DNA of 64,000 bases from a bacterium (GTDB lineage: Bacteria > UBA8248 > JACPRG01 > G963555815), in the NCBI GenBank assembly GCA_965261595.1, contig CBDHDG010000006.1, positions 1,753,419 through 1,817,418 on the forward strand. The letters run 5' to 3'. The first letter of the stretch is position 1; the number at the start of each line of letters is the position of its first letter. Of the stretch, positions 31,384 to 43,352 are shown piece by piece. The translations under genes and the position numbers were made by a program. Under the pieces are notes generated by a model. The model searched no databases. It saw nothing but the letters and a program-made list of their open reading frames with translations, and was not told where the DNA came from.

Positions 31384-32576
31384 GCTCAGCCCCGCGCCGC
31401 CTCCGCTTCGTCTCGGATCGGAATCCGGTCCAACGGATCAACGAGGAAATCCTCGCCCGCCTCATCGCTGCGCAGGACAACATCATCGACCATGCCTTTC
31501 CGAATACTGCGGGCTTCTATGCCAGGATTTTCGACGACCTCAAACTCTCCCTCACCGTCCCCGACCAGCTGAAAGACAAGCCGGTTCACGATGTATCGGA
31601 TCGGCCTTTCAGCGAGCTGACCCAGGGCTTCATTTCCACCCTTAAGGACGCCGGGATTACGGGCCAGTCCGCACGCATCCACGCCGTCAATCTCGCTCAG
31701 CGGACCCACCTCGTGCGGGCTTTCGAGCAACCCGACGCCGTGCTGATCCGCGTCACCGGCAAAGTCGGAAAGATCATCCAGACCTTTCCGCGCACCGCCG
31801 ACGACATCGAGCGTGGACGCAATCCCGGCGACGTGCTCGACCCCTACATCCTCGCCGCCACCCAAACCTTGCTCTATGGCGGGGACTTCCAGGAAGCCAT
31901 CGGAGCGACCGTCGCTCACAAAGCCCTCATGATTATCGAGGGCCTCATGGGCCACCTGCATGAAGACGTGATCGGCGACATGCGCGGCAATATCCGCACT
32001 CCGGAACCACGCGGCTTCAATCAGGAACTCATCGATCCCTACGAAAATCCCTTCCCCGGCTCGGACGTAGTTCAGCCACCTACGAAGGTCGGCGAGAACA
32101 TCCGTTTCCACCAAGTAAAGAGCAAGACCGGCTCCGCCAAAGGCGGCGACGGCAAACGCCTTGGCGACCAGCTCCGGCAGCTTCGCCAATACTATGCCGG
32201 TGAGGTCTATTATGATGCCCTCATCGGGAACACGTTGCGCGGCCACCGCTCCATGCGGGGTGTGCTCAGCTCCGAGCCGGAGGCCATCGTCCTGGTCGGC
32301 GACGCTGCTTTCCGCGAGTTGACGCGCAGCTCTATCGGCCCCGAGCTATTGCTTCGCGTCTATCAGAGCGTCTTTTCGGAGGCGGCCCAGCAGGCCGGAT
32401 ACCACATCGACGCGATGGCCGCCGGTATCGTCTCGACCTTCCACGAACGAGCCGAAGCCGCAGGCGAGGGCTTTCTTGAGCTGTTGCTGTCCGATTCCAT
32501 TGGGTCCAACCTCGACCAGCAGGACAGCCGCACCTACAAGCCCTCAACGCGTCGGTCGCGGTCATTGAGGAAATAA
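31380..32576 (+). CDS. Putative type II restriction endonuclease
   Basis: Coupled to dcm by an ATGA overlap; GHLHE...PGSDV...HQVKSK, a PD-(D/E/Q)xK-like pattern. Confidence 0.65.
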   Translation: MSSAPRRLRFVSDRNPVQRINEEILARLIAAQDNIIDHAFPNTAGFYARIFDDLKLSLTVPDQLKDKPVHDVSDRPFSELTQGFISTLKDAGITGQSARIHAVNLAQRTHLVRAFEQPDAVLIRVTGKVGKIIQTFPRTADDIERGRNPGDVLDPYILAATQTLLYGGDFQEAIGATVAHKALMIIEGLMGHLHEDVIGDMRGNIRTPEPRGFNQELIDPYENPFPGSDVVQPPTKVGENIRFHQVKSKTGSAKGGDGKRLGDQLRQLRQYYAGEVYYDALIGNTLRGHRSMRGVLSSEPEAIVLVGDAAFRELTRSSIGPELLLRVYQSVFSEAAQQAGYHIDAMAAGIVSTFHERAEAAGEGFLELLLSDSIGSNLDQQDSRTYKPSTRRSRSLRK

Positions 32577-32597
32577 CGAGTTATTGAGGGTATCCAA

Positions 32598-34889
32598 ATG
32601 CTCCGGAAAATTATTTCGGTCAGAAACGTTGGCCGGTTCCGGAACTCCGCTGCTACCGGCAACCCCGAACTTTCTCGCTACACGCTGATTGTCGGCGCAA
32701 ACGGTTTCGGCAAGACCACGCTTTGCGCGGTCCTCCGCTCGCTGAAAACCGGCGACCCGGCCTATATCGCCGGGCGGCGGACTCTCGGCGTCGGGGAATC
32801 ACCGACCGTGGAGTTGTTGTTCTCCGGCGGCCAGACGCGCTTTGACGGCGCGGCTTGGTCCGCCCCCTATCCTCCCCTCGCCATCTTCGATGACGTGTTT
32901 GTCGCCGAGAACGTCCATTCCGGTGAAGTGGTCGAGATCGACCACAGGCGGAACCTGTACCGCATCATCATCGGAGAAGAAGGCGTGCGCCTAGCCGAAG
33001 AAGACGCGAGTCTTGCCGGGCAAAGCCGCGAGAAGACCGGCGAGATCACCGCCGCTGCCAAGGCGATCCAACCTCATATCCCGGTAGGCATGAGGCTCGA
33101 CGCCTTCCTTGCTCTGCCTGCTAACCCCAAAATTGACGCACGGATCGCCGAGCAGGAGCGCACCGTCGAAGCTGTCCGTCAGGTCCAACAGATCAACGAC
33201 CGTCCCCCGCTGACCGAGATCGGGGTTCCGAGTCTGCCCGACGAATTTGCCGCCTTGCTTGCCCGCACCATCGACGACATTGCGCAAGACGCCGAAACCC
33301 GCCTAGCCGAGCACCTTGCGGCGCACGGTATGGAGGCGGATGGCGGCAACTGGATTGCCGAGGGTCTGGAGCACACTGACCGCCAAACCTGCCCCTTCTG
33401 CGGCCAGGATATTAGGGGCCTTCCTCTAATCGCCGCCTACCGGGCCGTGTTCAGCGACCGCTACAAGGCCCTGCGGGGGGAGATCACGGCCATGCGCAGC
33501 CAAATCGCCGAACAATTCGGCGACGGCGCAATAGGCCGTCTCAATATCCGCGCCGAACAGAACATCGGCGCGGTCGAATTCTGGAGCCGGTATTGCGCCG
33601 TCGATCCGGCACCTCTCACTGTCCCCGACGAGATCCCTAGCGCGATCCGCGTGCTTGGGCAGGCCACCGTGGCATTGCTCGACTGCAAGGGCCGCGCACC
33701 CCTTGAGCCCATCCAGCCGGATGACGCTTTCAACGCTGCCGCCGCAACCTACCAAGCTGCCCTCGCCAAGGCACAGCAGATCGCCAACGCGATCCGGGCC
33801 GTCAACACTCTCATCGCCACCAAGAAGAAGGAAACTGGCGTGGCTGAGGTGCAGGCGGTCGAGGCGGAGTTGGCCCGCCACCGGGCCATCAAGGTCCGCC
33901 ATGCCGACCCCGTTGCCGGGCTATGTGCCGATCATGTCCGGCTGACCGCCGAAAAGGAAGCGATTGACCAACGCAAAGGCGAGATCCGGGTGCAGCTCGA
34001 CGCGCACACTAGGAAGGTCATGAAACCCTACGAACAGTGCATCAACCACTATCTCGACGCCTTCAACGCCGGTTTCCGGATCACCGAGACCAGTCACGGC
34101 TATCCCGGCGGCACCGCTGCATCCACTTACCGGCTTGTTATCGACAACACCGCCATCGACCTTGGCGACGGTGGCACGCCCTCTGATCGCCCTAGCTTCA
34201 AAAACACGCTCAGTTCGGGCAACCGCACCACGCTCGCCCTCGCCTTTTTCCTCGCCCACCTTGAGCACGACCAAGACTTGGCCGCCAAGACGGTGGTGTT
34301 CGACGATCCTTTTGGCAGCCAGGACGCCTTTCGCCGCCTCCAGACCGTTCACGAGATTGCCAAAATGGGGCAGAACTGCGCGCAAGTCATCGTGCTCTCG
34401 CACGACGCCACCTTCCTCAAGCAGGTTTGGGACAAGGCACCGGCGGCCGAACGCGTTGCCCTCACCCTCGCCGATCACCGTGCGCTGGGCATAAAGATCA
34501 TGCCCGTGGACCTTGAGCGCGCCTGCCAGGGCCGGACGGCCACAGACATCGACAACTTGCTAACCTATCTGACTACAGGCTCGGGCGCGCCTCTTGACCT
34601 CATCCGCAAGATGCGCACCGTTCTCGAAACCCATTGCTGGACCACTTACCCGGCTTGTTTCCAGGCCGGGCAGGATTGGCTTGGCAAGATTGTACGGAAG
34701 ATTCGTGAGGAAGGAAATCAGCACCCCGCCCACGCCTTGTACGACGAACTGGATCAGATCAACGACTACACCAAAGATCATCATCATGGTGAGGACGTGG
34801 CTCACGCGACGTCCGATCAGATCGACTCGCAGGAACTCACCGGCTACATCAAACGCACGCTCAGAATCGTCAATGCTCTCCAAGCTTGA
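32598..34889 (+). CDS. Rad50-like ABC ATPase (AAA_13 / RloC-like)
   Basis: GANGFGKT, CPFCGQ zinc hook, LSSG, FDDP, LSH; C-terminal HEPN-like domain. Confidence 0.85.
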   Translation: MLRKIISVRNVGRFRNSAATGNPELSRYTLIVGANGFGKTTLCAVLRSLKTGDPAYIAGRRTLGVGESPTVELLFSGGQTRFDGAAWSAPYPPLAIFDDVFVAENVHSGEVVEIDHRRNLYRIIIGEEGVRLAEEDASLAGQSREKTGEITAAAKAIQPHIPVGMRLDAFLALPANPKIDARIAEQERTVEAVRQVQQINDRPPLTEIGVPSLPDEFAALLARTIDDIAQDAETRLAEHLAAHGMEADGGNWIAEGLEHTDRQTCPFCGQDIRGLPLIAAYRAVFSDRYKALRGEITAMRSQIAEQFGDGAIGRLNIRAEQNIGAVEFWSRYCAVDPAPLTVPDEIPSAIRVLGQATVALLDCKGRAPLEPIQPDDAFNAAAATYQAALAKAQQIANAIRAVNTLIATKKKETGVAEVQAVEAELARHRAIKVRHADPVAGLCADHVRLTAEKEAIDQRKGEIRVQLDAHTRKVMKPYEQCINHYLDAFNAGFRITETSHGYPGGTAASTYRLVIDNTAIDLGDGGTPSDRPSFKNTLSSGNRTTLALAFFLAHLEHDQDLAAKTVVFDDPFGSQDAFRRLQTVHEIAKMGQNCAQVIVLSHDATFLKQVWDKAPAAERVALTLADHRALGIKIMPVDLERACQGRTATDIDNLLTYLTTGSGAPLDLIRKMRTVLETHCWTTYPACFQAGQDWLGKIVRKIREEGNQHPAHALYDELDQINDYTKDHHHGEDVAHATSDQIDSQELTGYIKRTLRIVNALQA

Positions 34890-35184
34890 CGGCATCCGGG
34901 TCTAGCGTGTGGTGGCCTGAGCCAGACATCGTGGGTCGCGTCCTCCCGACGGCGCGTCCTGTTTATTTGTCGCTTCACGAGCTGCCGCGCGATGCTGGCA
35001 GCCGTGCGGCAGCACCATCGCACTGGCTCCCGCACTGCCCTTCACGCATCCGCCCCCAGTGCTGTAGCCACCGCCCGCTCATCAAACGCCGCGGCGGCTC
35101 GGCATCGCAACACGCTCACGAGATGATCCCCATCAATACGGTTGAACGCCGAATCCGTTCTACGGCCTTACGGCCGTTAGCTTG

Positions 35185-35208
35185 TCACACCTGACGCATC
35201 GTTGATGC
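35185..35208 (+). repeat. 24-bp imperfect direct repeat, copy 1 (candidate att or binding site)
   Basis: TCACACCTGACGCATCGTTGATGC; first 14 nt identical to 44050. Confidence 0.6.
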
Positions 35209-35376
35209 ACTTCCTGCCAGCGGCCGCCTTCGCATGAATTGGCGGAAACGCCCGTAGTTACAGAGCCTTACGGCTCATCCCGTCCCGCACCGCCAAGCGG
35301 CTTCGTTGGAGAAACGCCGCCGCGGCTGCTTCCTGCATTACCGTCCAGCCGCGCGGCCCGAACAGGAGCCGCAACC

Positions 35377-36567
35377 ATGCCCGACAAACCGAAGTCCACC
35401 TTCGCCCGGCGCGTCCGCGCCGCCAAGCCCCGCGCCACCAAATATGAAGCCCGTGACGACGTTATCTCCGGTCTGGGGCTGGCGATCCAGCCCACCGGCG
35501 TCAGAACCTACTTTCTCTCCCGCATGGTGCGCGGGCGCAGACGCTATGCCCGGATCGGCAACGCCGACACCATGACCGTTCCCGAGGCACGGCGCGAGGC
35601 CCGCAGGCTGATCGCCAGCTACATCGAGCCAGTGAGAAAGGATAATGGCCCCAGGACGCCGGGACACCCGATGACCGAGTTCGCCGACGAGTTCCTTGAA
35701 CGCTACGCCCGCCACTGGAAGCCCCGCACGCTGGAGTCCAACCGGTACTTCATCCGCAACCACATCCTGCCCGTCTTCGGTCACATGACCGTGGACGCCA
35801 TTGCCGTCGAGCATGTCAGGGCCTGGTTCGCCTCCATGGGCGAGAAGCCCGGCAGCGCCAACCGCTCCATGCCGGTCCTGTCGGTCATGATGCGCATGGC
35901 CGAACTCTGGGGATACCGCGCCCACAACTCCAACCCCTGCAAAAGGACCCGGCGCTACAGGATGAAGCCCAAGGAGCGGTTTCTGACGGCGGAGGAAATG
36001 GTACGGCTCAACGCCGTGCTGACCCGTGACGAATTCTGGTGTCCGAACGTCGTTGCCGTCATCCGCCTGCTGATGCTGACCGGGTGCCGCTTCGGCGAAA
36101 TCGCCTCGCTCGAATGGGACTGGATCAAGGACAAGCGCATCCACCTTCCGGACTCGAAGTCCGGGCCGCGCACGGTCTGGCTGTCGAGCGCCGCCCGCGC
36201 GGTGATCGACGCTATCCCGCGATACAGCGCCGATTGCCCGTATCTCTTTCCCGCCCGCCCGCCGACTCGGCATATCGACAACATCACCTTCCACTGGGAC
36301 CGCATCCGCAACGAGGCGGGCCTGCCCGGCGTGCGGCTTCATGACTTTCGCCACAGCTGGGCCTCGGTCGCCGCCATGAACGGCGTGGGCATGGTGACCA
36401 TCGCCAAGCTGCTCGGCCATGCCCTGGTCGAGACCACGGAACGCTACGTCCACCTGTCCGACCGGTCCGTTTCGGACGCCGCCGATCGGGTGTCGAACCG
36501 CATCCATGCGGCCCTAGCCGGAAGGGGCGCGGAGCGCGAGGGAGGAGCCCGCCATGCCCACGGTTGA
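35377..36567 (+). CDS. Tyrosine integrase (tandem pair, first)
   Basis: TGCRFGE, DSKSG, HDFRH, LLGH, TERY. Confidence 0.93.
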   Translation: MPDKPKSTFARRVRAAKPRATKYEARDDVISGLGLAIQPTGVRTYFLSRMVRGRRRYARIGNADTMTVPEARREARRLIASYIEPVRKDNGPRTPGHPMTEFADEFLERYARHWKPRTLESNRYFIRNHILPVFGHMTVDAIAVEHVRAWFASMGEKPGSANRSMPVLSVMMRMAELWGYRAHNSNPCKRTRRYRMKPKERFLTAEEMVRLNAVLTRDEFWCPNVVAVIRLLMLTGCRFGEIASLEWDWIKDKRIHLPDSKSGPRTVWLSSAARAVIDAIPRYSADCPYLFPARPPTRHIDNITFHWDRIRNEAGLPGVRLHDFRHSWASVAAMNGVGMVTIAKLLGHALVETTERYVHLSDRSVSDAADRVSNRIHAALAGRGAEREGGARHAHG

Positions 36568-37720
36568 CCTCACCCCGCGCTTGGCCCGCCAGAGCAAGCC
36601 CGGCGACAAGGACACCATCCTGTTCGACAAGACGCTGCCTGGCTTCGGGCTTCGCATCCATCCTTCGGCCCGAAAGGTCTGGGTCGTGCAAACCCGCATC
36701 GAGGGGCGGAGCCGCCGCATCGTCATCGCCCGGCATGGAGAGATGGAGCTTGCAGAAGCGCGCCGCCGCGCCCGCGACATGCTCGGGCGCATCCGCGCGG
36801 GCGGGAACCCCGCAGACGACATCCACCGGGAGAAACGGACCCCCACCGTGCGGGAGTTCGCCGACGAGTACTTGCGCCTCTGCGATCCGTACTGGAAGCC
36901 CTCGGGACGCAAAACCATCCGCATCTACCTCAAGGCGCGCATCCTACCTGCCTTCGGCAAAATGCCGGTTGACCGCATCGGTCCCGAGGACGTGGCCGCG
37001 TGGTTCGACGCGGCGAGCAAGGAAAAGCCCGGCGCGGCCAATCGCGCCTTCGAGATATTGCGCTCGATGATGTTCCGGGCCGAGGAATTCGGCTTCCGCG
37101 AGCGCGGCGCCAATCCCTGTGTCGGTATCAGGAAGAACCCGAGGCGCAACATCGCCCGATTCCTCGACACCGACGAGTTGGCCCGGCTCGGGCGCGCGCT
37201 CGACGCCCGCGAGGCGGAATGGCCCCAGGCCGTCGCTGCCATCCGGTTGCTGGCGCTCACCGGATGCCGCCGGAGCGAAGTGCTCAATCTCCGCTGGCGC
37301 GACATCGGCGAAAACGCGATCAAGCTGCCGGACTCCAAGACCGGCCCGCGCACCGTGCCACTCGGCGAGGCCGCGCGGGCGCATATCGCCACGCTGCCCG
37401 GCCCCCGCGACTCGGAGGCGCACCTGTTTCCTCGGTATGCCGAAGGCCAGGGGCTCTGGATACTGACCAACTGCTGGCGCGCGGTCTGCGCCGATGCGAA
37501 GCTCGGCACGCTGCGCCTGCACGACCTTCGCCACACCGCCGCCAGTCAGGCCGTCATGTCCGGCGAGAATCTTCCCCTTGTCGGCAGGTTGCTCGGACAC
37601 CGGCGGCACCGGACCACTGCGAGCTACGCCCACCTTGCCGACGACCATCTTGTCGAGGCGGCGGAGAAAGTCGGAAACCTCCTTTCAGAGGCGATGCAAC
37701 ATGGAGTTTCAACTATTTGA
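36554..37720 (+). CDS. Tyrosine integrase (tandem pair, second)
   Basis: TGCRRSE, DSKTG, HDLRH, LLGH, TASY; overlaps the first by 14 nt. Confidence 0.93.
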   Translation: MPTVDLTPRLARQSKPGDKDTILFDKTLPGFGLRIHPSARKVWVVQTRIEGRSRRIVIARHGEMELAEARRRARDMLGRIRAGGNPADDIHREKRTPTVREFADEYLRLCDPYWKPSGRKTIRIYLKARILPAFGKMPVDRIGPEDVAAWFDAASKEKPGAANRAFEILRSMMFRAEEFGFRERGANPCVGIRKNPRRNIARFLDTDELARLGRALDAREAEWPQAVAAIRLLALTGCRRSEVLNLRWRDIGENAIKLPDSKTGPRTVPLGEAARAHIATLPGPRDSEAHLFPRYAEGQGLWILTNCWRAVCADAKLGTLRLHDLRHTAASQAVMSGENLPLVGRLLGHRRHRTTASYAHLADDHLVEAAEKVGNLLSEAMQHGVSTI

Positions 37721-38600
37721 ATGACTGTCGTTTCAATTCGCGAGCCACGAGTGACCGGATGAGAGGCTCTGACCTACCAGCAAAAAATCGGCTTTGCTGA
37801 ATTGCGGCTGTGTTGATCTTCTTGATGATGTGCTCAGCGCTGTGATCCAAAGGAAGCAACCAATCGCTATCGGGACGGGACGTTGGTGCTACGGCGACAT
37901 CGTGGGCAATCGGAAGCCAACTGCCCAGCGCGGCACCTCGGCGAACAATGGCGACGCCATGGCTTCCGATGACGAAGCTCCTCTTCCGACAACGAATGAC
38001 TGCGATGAGCAGTCCTGTGTTCCGACAAAATTGCTCAACGTCTGCTTGAAGAAGTGGATGATCGCCGGAGTGAAAGCGAGCCTTAGTGTTCTGTTTCGCA
38101 GCAGCCTTGATCTTTCTTAGCTCTGGGTACTGACCCACCAATACACTATCTGGGGCAACCATTCCGGCTTCGCAAAACAACCGATCTACGGCAAAACTCC
38201 AAACATCGTCAAATCGTTCATTTAAATTTAGCATTTCATCCGAAAACTCTGGCGTGCGCCGGCATGAAGCATGATAGAATTGTTTCCAAGAATCCATTTC
38301 GTTTGGAGAAAGATCAGGAGGCTCATTGTTGCGCGCATGACTTATGATTCGTTGAATTGCCGGCGCAGCGTCACTCTCAACGCGTTGGAGAAGTTGTTCG
38401 TTTGTGTCGTGTTTGATGTCGATGTTATCCAAGTCATGATCAGTGTTCAGATCTCCCACCTTGAAAACTTTATTCGGTGCACGCTTGAAGATATTCTCCT
38501 CAATCTTGTCACCCACCCAGACCTGACCATTATCATCACAAAAATTGTGTATAAGGAACTTTGAAATGTAGTGGTGCTGTACTGATCTATCCTTAGGCAC
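37713..38600 (-). CDS. DUF4238 domain protein
   Basis: N-terminal QHHYISKFLIHNF, RTP, FVIGS, LPI motifs; low GC. Confidence 0.75.
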   Translation of the reverse strand: MPKDRSVQHHYISKFLIHNFCDDNGQVWVGDKIEENIFKRAPNKVFKVGDLNTDHDLDNIDIKHDTNEQLLQRVESDAAPAIQRIISHARNNEPPDLSPNEMDSWKQFYHASCRRTPEFSDEMLNLNERFDDVWSFAVDRLFCEAGMVAPDSVLVGQYPELRKIKAAAKQNTKARFHSGDHPLLQADVEQFCRNTGLLIAVIRCRKRSFVIGSHGVAIVRRGAALGSWLPIAHDVAVAPTSRPDSDWLLPLDHSAEHIIKKINTAAIQQSRFFAGRSEPLIRSLVARELKRQSFK

Positions 38601-38612
38601 GGTTTGCAGCCT

Positions 38613-41600
38613 TTACCCAATCAGCAGAATTGCCCCAATTCGCCTTGTCGTATCAATGAAGTGCCGGACTTCCTCGATCCGTAGCGGGCGATCGAGTATC
38701 TCACGTTCGCGATACGACAACCACTTCTTCAGTACTTGGTAACCACCAACCCTATAGCGCCAGACGGCGGAGGGAACATTATGCCAGAAGGCTTCGCCGT
38801 TGAGCCAGATATCGAAGGTCATCTCGCCGAGGGCGGCAAGCGTGTCGCCAAGGGCGGCGCGCTCCGCCGACGTAAAGTCGCGTTCCACGGCGCGGCCCTG
38901 GCTAGGCATGACGGCGTCGTCCTTGCCGTAATGCCCCCAGCCGGCGGTGACAGCGAAATCGCCGTCCGCTATGTTGCGCCCGCTCAGTCTGGCGGGCACT
39001 GCGATGGCGGCGATCTCCGGGCGCAGCGGCACCTGGGTCACGCCGGGAACAGGGGTATCGGGATCAAGGAGCGCGGCCAGTTCGCGCCCGCGCCCCGCCG
39101 ACCGGTCGATTTCCGCCGCCGCGCTGTTGGCTGTACCGTGCGGCCAGCCCGGCAGCGGGATACGCGGCCATTCCATTCGCAGAGCCCCGGCGTTCGCATC
39201 GCGGTAGGCGGAATGGTGCAGGGTGGCGAGAACATGGTGGAACAGGTCTTCGACGCCTAGGCCGAGGTGGTCGAGATACCGTTGCGCCGTTGCCGTTAGG
39301 TTGGGGCGGCGCGCGCCGGTGCCATCGTTCCCGATCCCCCGCTCTACGGTTTTGTTGGACACTCGATTGATCCATGATTCATGGAGAAAGGGGTGTCGCG
39401 ATGAACGAACAAAAGCAAGAGGGGGCTTTGGCGGAGGGCGCGCGTAGGGCGAACGGAGCCAAGGCCCCAGGGCATCGCAGTGAGCGGGGTCTGTTCTCCT
39501 GCCAGCGCAAGCGGGAGGCGGTCCTGCGTCTTTTGCGGGGCGAGAGCCTGGAGACGCTCTGCCGCGAGTTGGGCACGACAGCGGCTCGGCTTTCCGCCTG
39601 GCGCGAGGCGTTCCTTCGCGGGGGCGAGGCGGCGCTCAAAGCCCGCCCGGCGGATGAGCGGGCCGAGGAGAACGCCCGGCTCAAGGCCAAGGTGGGCGAA
39701 CTCACGATGGAGGGCGAGGTCCTGCGGGAGAAGATCGACCGCCTGGAGGCCGGCCGCCCTTTAGCCGGCAGGAGGTGGAGGCGATGAGTCAGGCCCGCTT
39801 CACCTCCACGGGCAGAGCCTACGGCCTGAAGCGGGTGTGCGCCCTTTGGGGCTTGGCGCGCTCCACGGTCTACGCGCAACGGCGGCGAGAGGCGGTCCCC
39901 GTTCATGAACGCCCCACGCCCAATAAGCGCGGCCCTGTGGGCCCGTGCACCGATGCGGAACTCCTCGGCCACATCCGGCAGGTCCTGGAGGACTCTCCCT
40001 TCCATGGCGAGGGCTACCGCAAGGTGTGGGCGAGGCTGCGCTTCGCGGGCAGCCGCACCAGCAAGGAGCGGATGCGTCGCCTGATGCGGGAGGCGGGGCT
40101 TCAGGCCCCCCACCGGGTGGGCAAACCCCGAGGTCCCAAGGCCCACAACGGGACCATCCGCACCGAGCGGCCCGACCGAATGTGGGGTACGGACATGACG
40201 GCGACGGTGACCACCGAGGAGGGGATGGCCTCGGTGTTCGTGGCGGTGGATCACTGCTCGGTGGACTGCGTGGGGATCCATGCGGCCAAGAGCGGCAACC
40301 GCTTCGAGGCCCTGGAGCCGATCCGGCAGGGGGTCGCCGAGCGCTTCGCCGGCTTGGAGGCGGACGTCGCCGAGGGGCTTAAAGTTCGTCACGACCACGG
40401 CCCCGCCTATCTGTCCGATGACTTTCAGCGGGAGATCGCCTACCTGGGGGCATGACCAGTTCGCCCAGCTTCGTGCGGGCGCCCGAGGGAAATGGCTACT
40501 GTGAGTGGTTCATCCGCACCTTGAAGGAGAATCTCCTGTGGGTGCGCTCTTTCGCCACCGTAGAGGAACTGCGGTGGGCGCTGCTTGAGTTCAAGAACCT
40601 GTACAACCATCATTGGATTCTCGAGGGCTACGGCTACCGAACGCCGGCCCAGGCAAGGCAGGAAAAACTCGCTCAAGTTGCGGAGGCCGCATGAGGTCGA
40701 ATACCCTCACCCGAGTGTCCAATAACCCAGGGGCGGTCCACCGATGCCGTCATCGCGAAGCCACACCGGAATGCATGTCGCGCTTCGATCCATTAAATCG
40801 AGACAACCCATATGCGAAATCGCTTGCGGTGGCGACCAGTCCCGGCGTGGCTTTTGTTGCGTAATCAGCCACAGATTCCCGTCGAACACATGCGGCCAGT
40901 AGTCGGCGCGCGGGCGGTCCAGCAATCCGCCATCCGCTTCCCAATAGAGCCAGCGCGTGTCGAAAGGCCGGTAGGCGAAGCGGATCAACCCGGACTCATC
41001 CGGCCCACCGCGCTTCAGCAGTGCATCCCGCACCGCGCGGGCGTCAAACTGCGCAGTCGTCTTCATTACCGCTGGGTAGCGTCGCGCGATCTCCTCATGG
41101 CTCAGTGTCGGGTCGAAGTAATCCGCGACCCGCGCCCGGAGCCGGTCGAGATCGAAATCGACGAGAAATCCGTCGCGGCTGGTCTTGACGCCAGGAAACG
41201 ACACCGGGAACAAATCTGGCAGCGACGGCCAACTGAACCAATCGGCGCTCACTGCCGTTCGCACGAATGGCAGTCCAAGAGGCAGGACAGGTTCGACATC
41301 CTCGTAGAGCGATTCCGGCTCCGCATCCGCCGTCGCGACCAATTCCGTTGGCTTCGCTTGCCCCCAGAGGTGCCGAAAGCCTACCGTATCGGCACGCTTG
41401 TGTTCCGCCTTGCGCACCAGCGTCGCGATGGCGGTGCCGACCTGAATGCCGGCCGGATCGCCTGAGGTCGAGAAGATGCTGGGGTCGGGCGAGCCGTCCG
41501 GCGCGACCTTGCCGGTCTTGTACTTGTCGCCGTTCAGGCAGTCGATGCGCACCGCGTCGAACGCCTCCAGATATCGCTCCCGCATTCCCGTGAAGGATAG

Positions 41601-43352
41601 GCCGTCGAGCCAGGAGTAGTTGGAGATGAAGCAGACCACGCCTCGCCCGGTTTTCTCCGCGATCCGCCGTTCGGCCATGCGGAAGAAGCGGATATAGAGA
41701 TCGTTCAGCCCCTGGCCTTCGGGACGGCGTACACGCATGGTCGAGCGGTACGCCGCCGACAGTTCGCGCTCCTCGTCCACCGCCATGCCCGCGAAGCCGT
41801 TGTAAGGCGGATTGCCGAGGATCACGAGGATCGGCCTTTCCTGCTTCACACGCTCCGCGCGGTCGCGTTCTTCCTCTAGCTCGGGGAACGGCAACGGCTT
41901 GTTCGTGCGCGGCTCCCATCCGGTCAGTGCGTTGGTCAGGAACACTCCCGCGCGTTCGGTTCCATCATCCGCCAGCGGCGCATCCAACTCCTGCATCGTC
42001 AGGCCAACCTGAAGATGCGCGACGACGAAGGGCGCGGGCATGATCTCGAAACCGAACACCCGTTCGGCCGCCGCCTGCTTCACCCACGCGCCGGACAGCG
42101 CGCCGAGGCCCTGCCCTTCCAGATTGGCCGCGACCCGGCGCAGCACTTCGGCCAGATAGGCCCCGGTGCCGCAGCACGGATCGAGCACATAGACATTCTC
42201 CGCCGCCAGCCCGTCCGGGATGCCGAGATCGTCTTTCAGCGCCTTGTCCACGCGGGCGACCATGTAGCGGACCACTTCGGCGGGCGTGTACCAGACACCG
42301 AGTTGCTTGCGCAGTTCGGGGTCGAAGGCCTGGAGGAAGGGTTCGTAGAAATAGGGCACCGCCTCACCCTGGTCGAAGCGGGCGAAGAAGGCGGTGCGGT
42401 CCACCCGGTCGAGCGCCGCCGCCGTCCAGTCCAGCACCTCGACCAAGCCGAGCGGTTGCAGGCGGCCCGGCTGGGCAAGTTGCTGGAACAAGGCTTGAAG
42501 CACTGGCGCGCGCAAATGCCAGACCGCTTCATGCCAGTTGAACCGTCCCGTGGGCTGCGGACTCTGCCGCGCCCACAGGACCCACGCGGAGAAGACGCCG
42601 TAGAACAGCGTCTGCACCAGTGTCGAACGAAAGAAGGCTACGCCGCGTGCGCCCTCGAAGCGGACGCCCAGCGCGTCTTCCAGCGCTGCGCGCACCGTCG
42701 CAAGCGCCGGTGCATCGCCCGCCGCCTCGACCCGCGCCAGCCCGTCGCGCGCATAAGAGGCGAGCAGCCACGCCAGGTCCTTCGGTTCCGCAAGCGCCGC
42801 CCGGTGAGACAGCGCGCGGGCGAGATATTCGCCGAGTCCTGCGCCGGCCTCGCGGGCGAAGGCGCGCGGCCTCTCCACCTTGCGCCAGAAATCGTCCGCC
42901 CTGTCTGCCAGTCGGAACGTCTCAAGCTTCGCCGGGCGGCCCGCCGCGTCCTCGCCCACCAGCACGAAGTCGCGTAGATTGCTCACGAGCACCAGCCGGT
43001 AGCGCCCCCAGTAGCGGCTCACCTGATCGCCTTGCGCCGTCAACCACGCGTCGTCATCGGCGGACTTCACCTCGACCACGCCGCGTTCCGGTATCTGGCC
43101 CTCGCGCGGGCGCCCCTTTTGCACCTGCTTCGCCGCGTAGAGGCCGAAGTCGGGATGGCCCGCGCCCTGGTCGGCCAGCTCGCCGACACAGAACACCTTG
43201 GGCTTGAGCGCCGCGCCGACGGCGTTCAGCAGGTTTGCGAGCGGCCCGTAGCTCGACCGTTCGCCGGTCGCGCCGCCGGAGGCGCGCACCCGCCCGAGGT
43301 CGGCGAAATACGCCTCAACCGCCGCCGTCAGTTTCTTGTTCGTTCCCGTCAT
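38613..43352 (-). pseudogene. Fused N6-adenine RM enzyme (type IIG, type ISP-like C-terminal specificity domain), interrupted by an IS
   Basis: HPDFG...VEVK, GVWYTP, LDPCCGTG, GNPPY, YRPFD, GGYQVLKKWLSYR; removing the IS and one target copy restores LRDDGIGNDGTG in frame. Confidence 0.9.
39335..40740 (+). mobile_element. IS3-family element, copy 2 (orfB frameshifted by +2 G near 40446)
   Basis: Near-identical to 3341..4744; flanked by a CCGA(T) target duplication. Confidence 0.93.
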
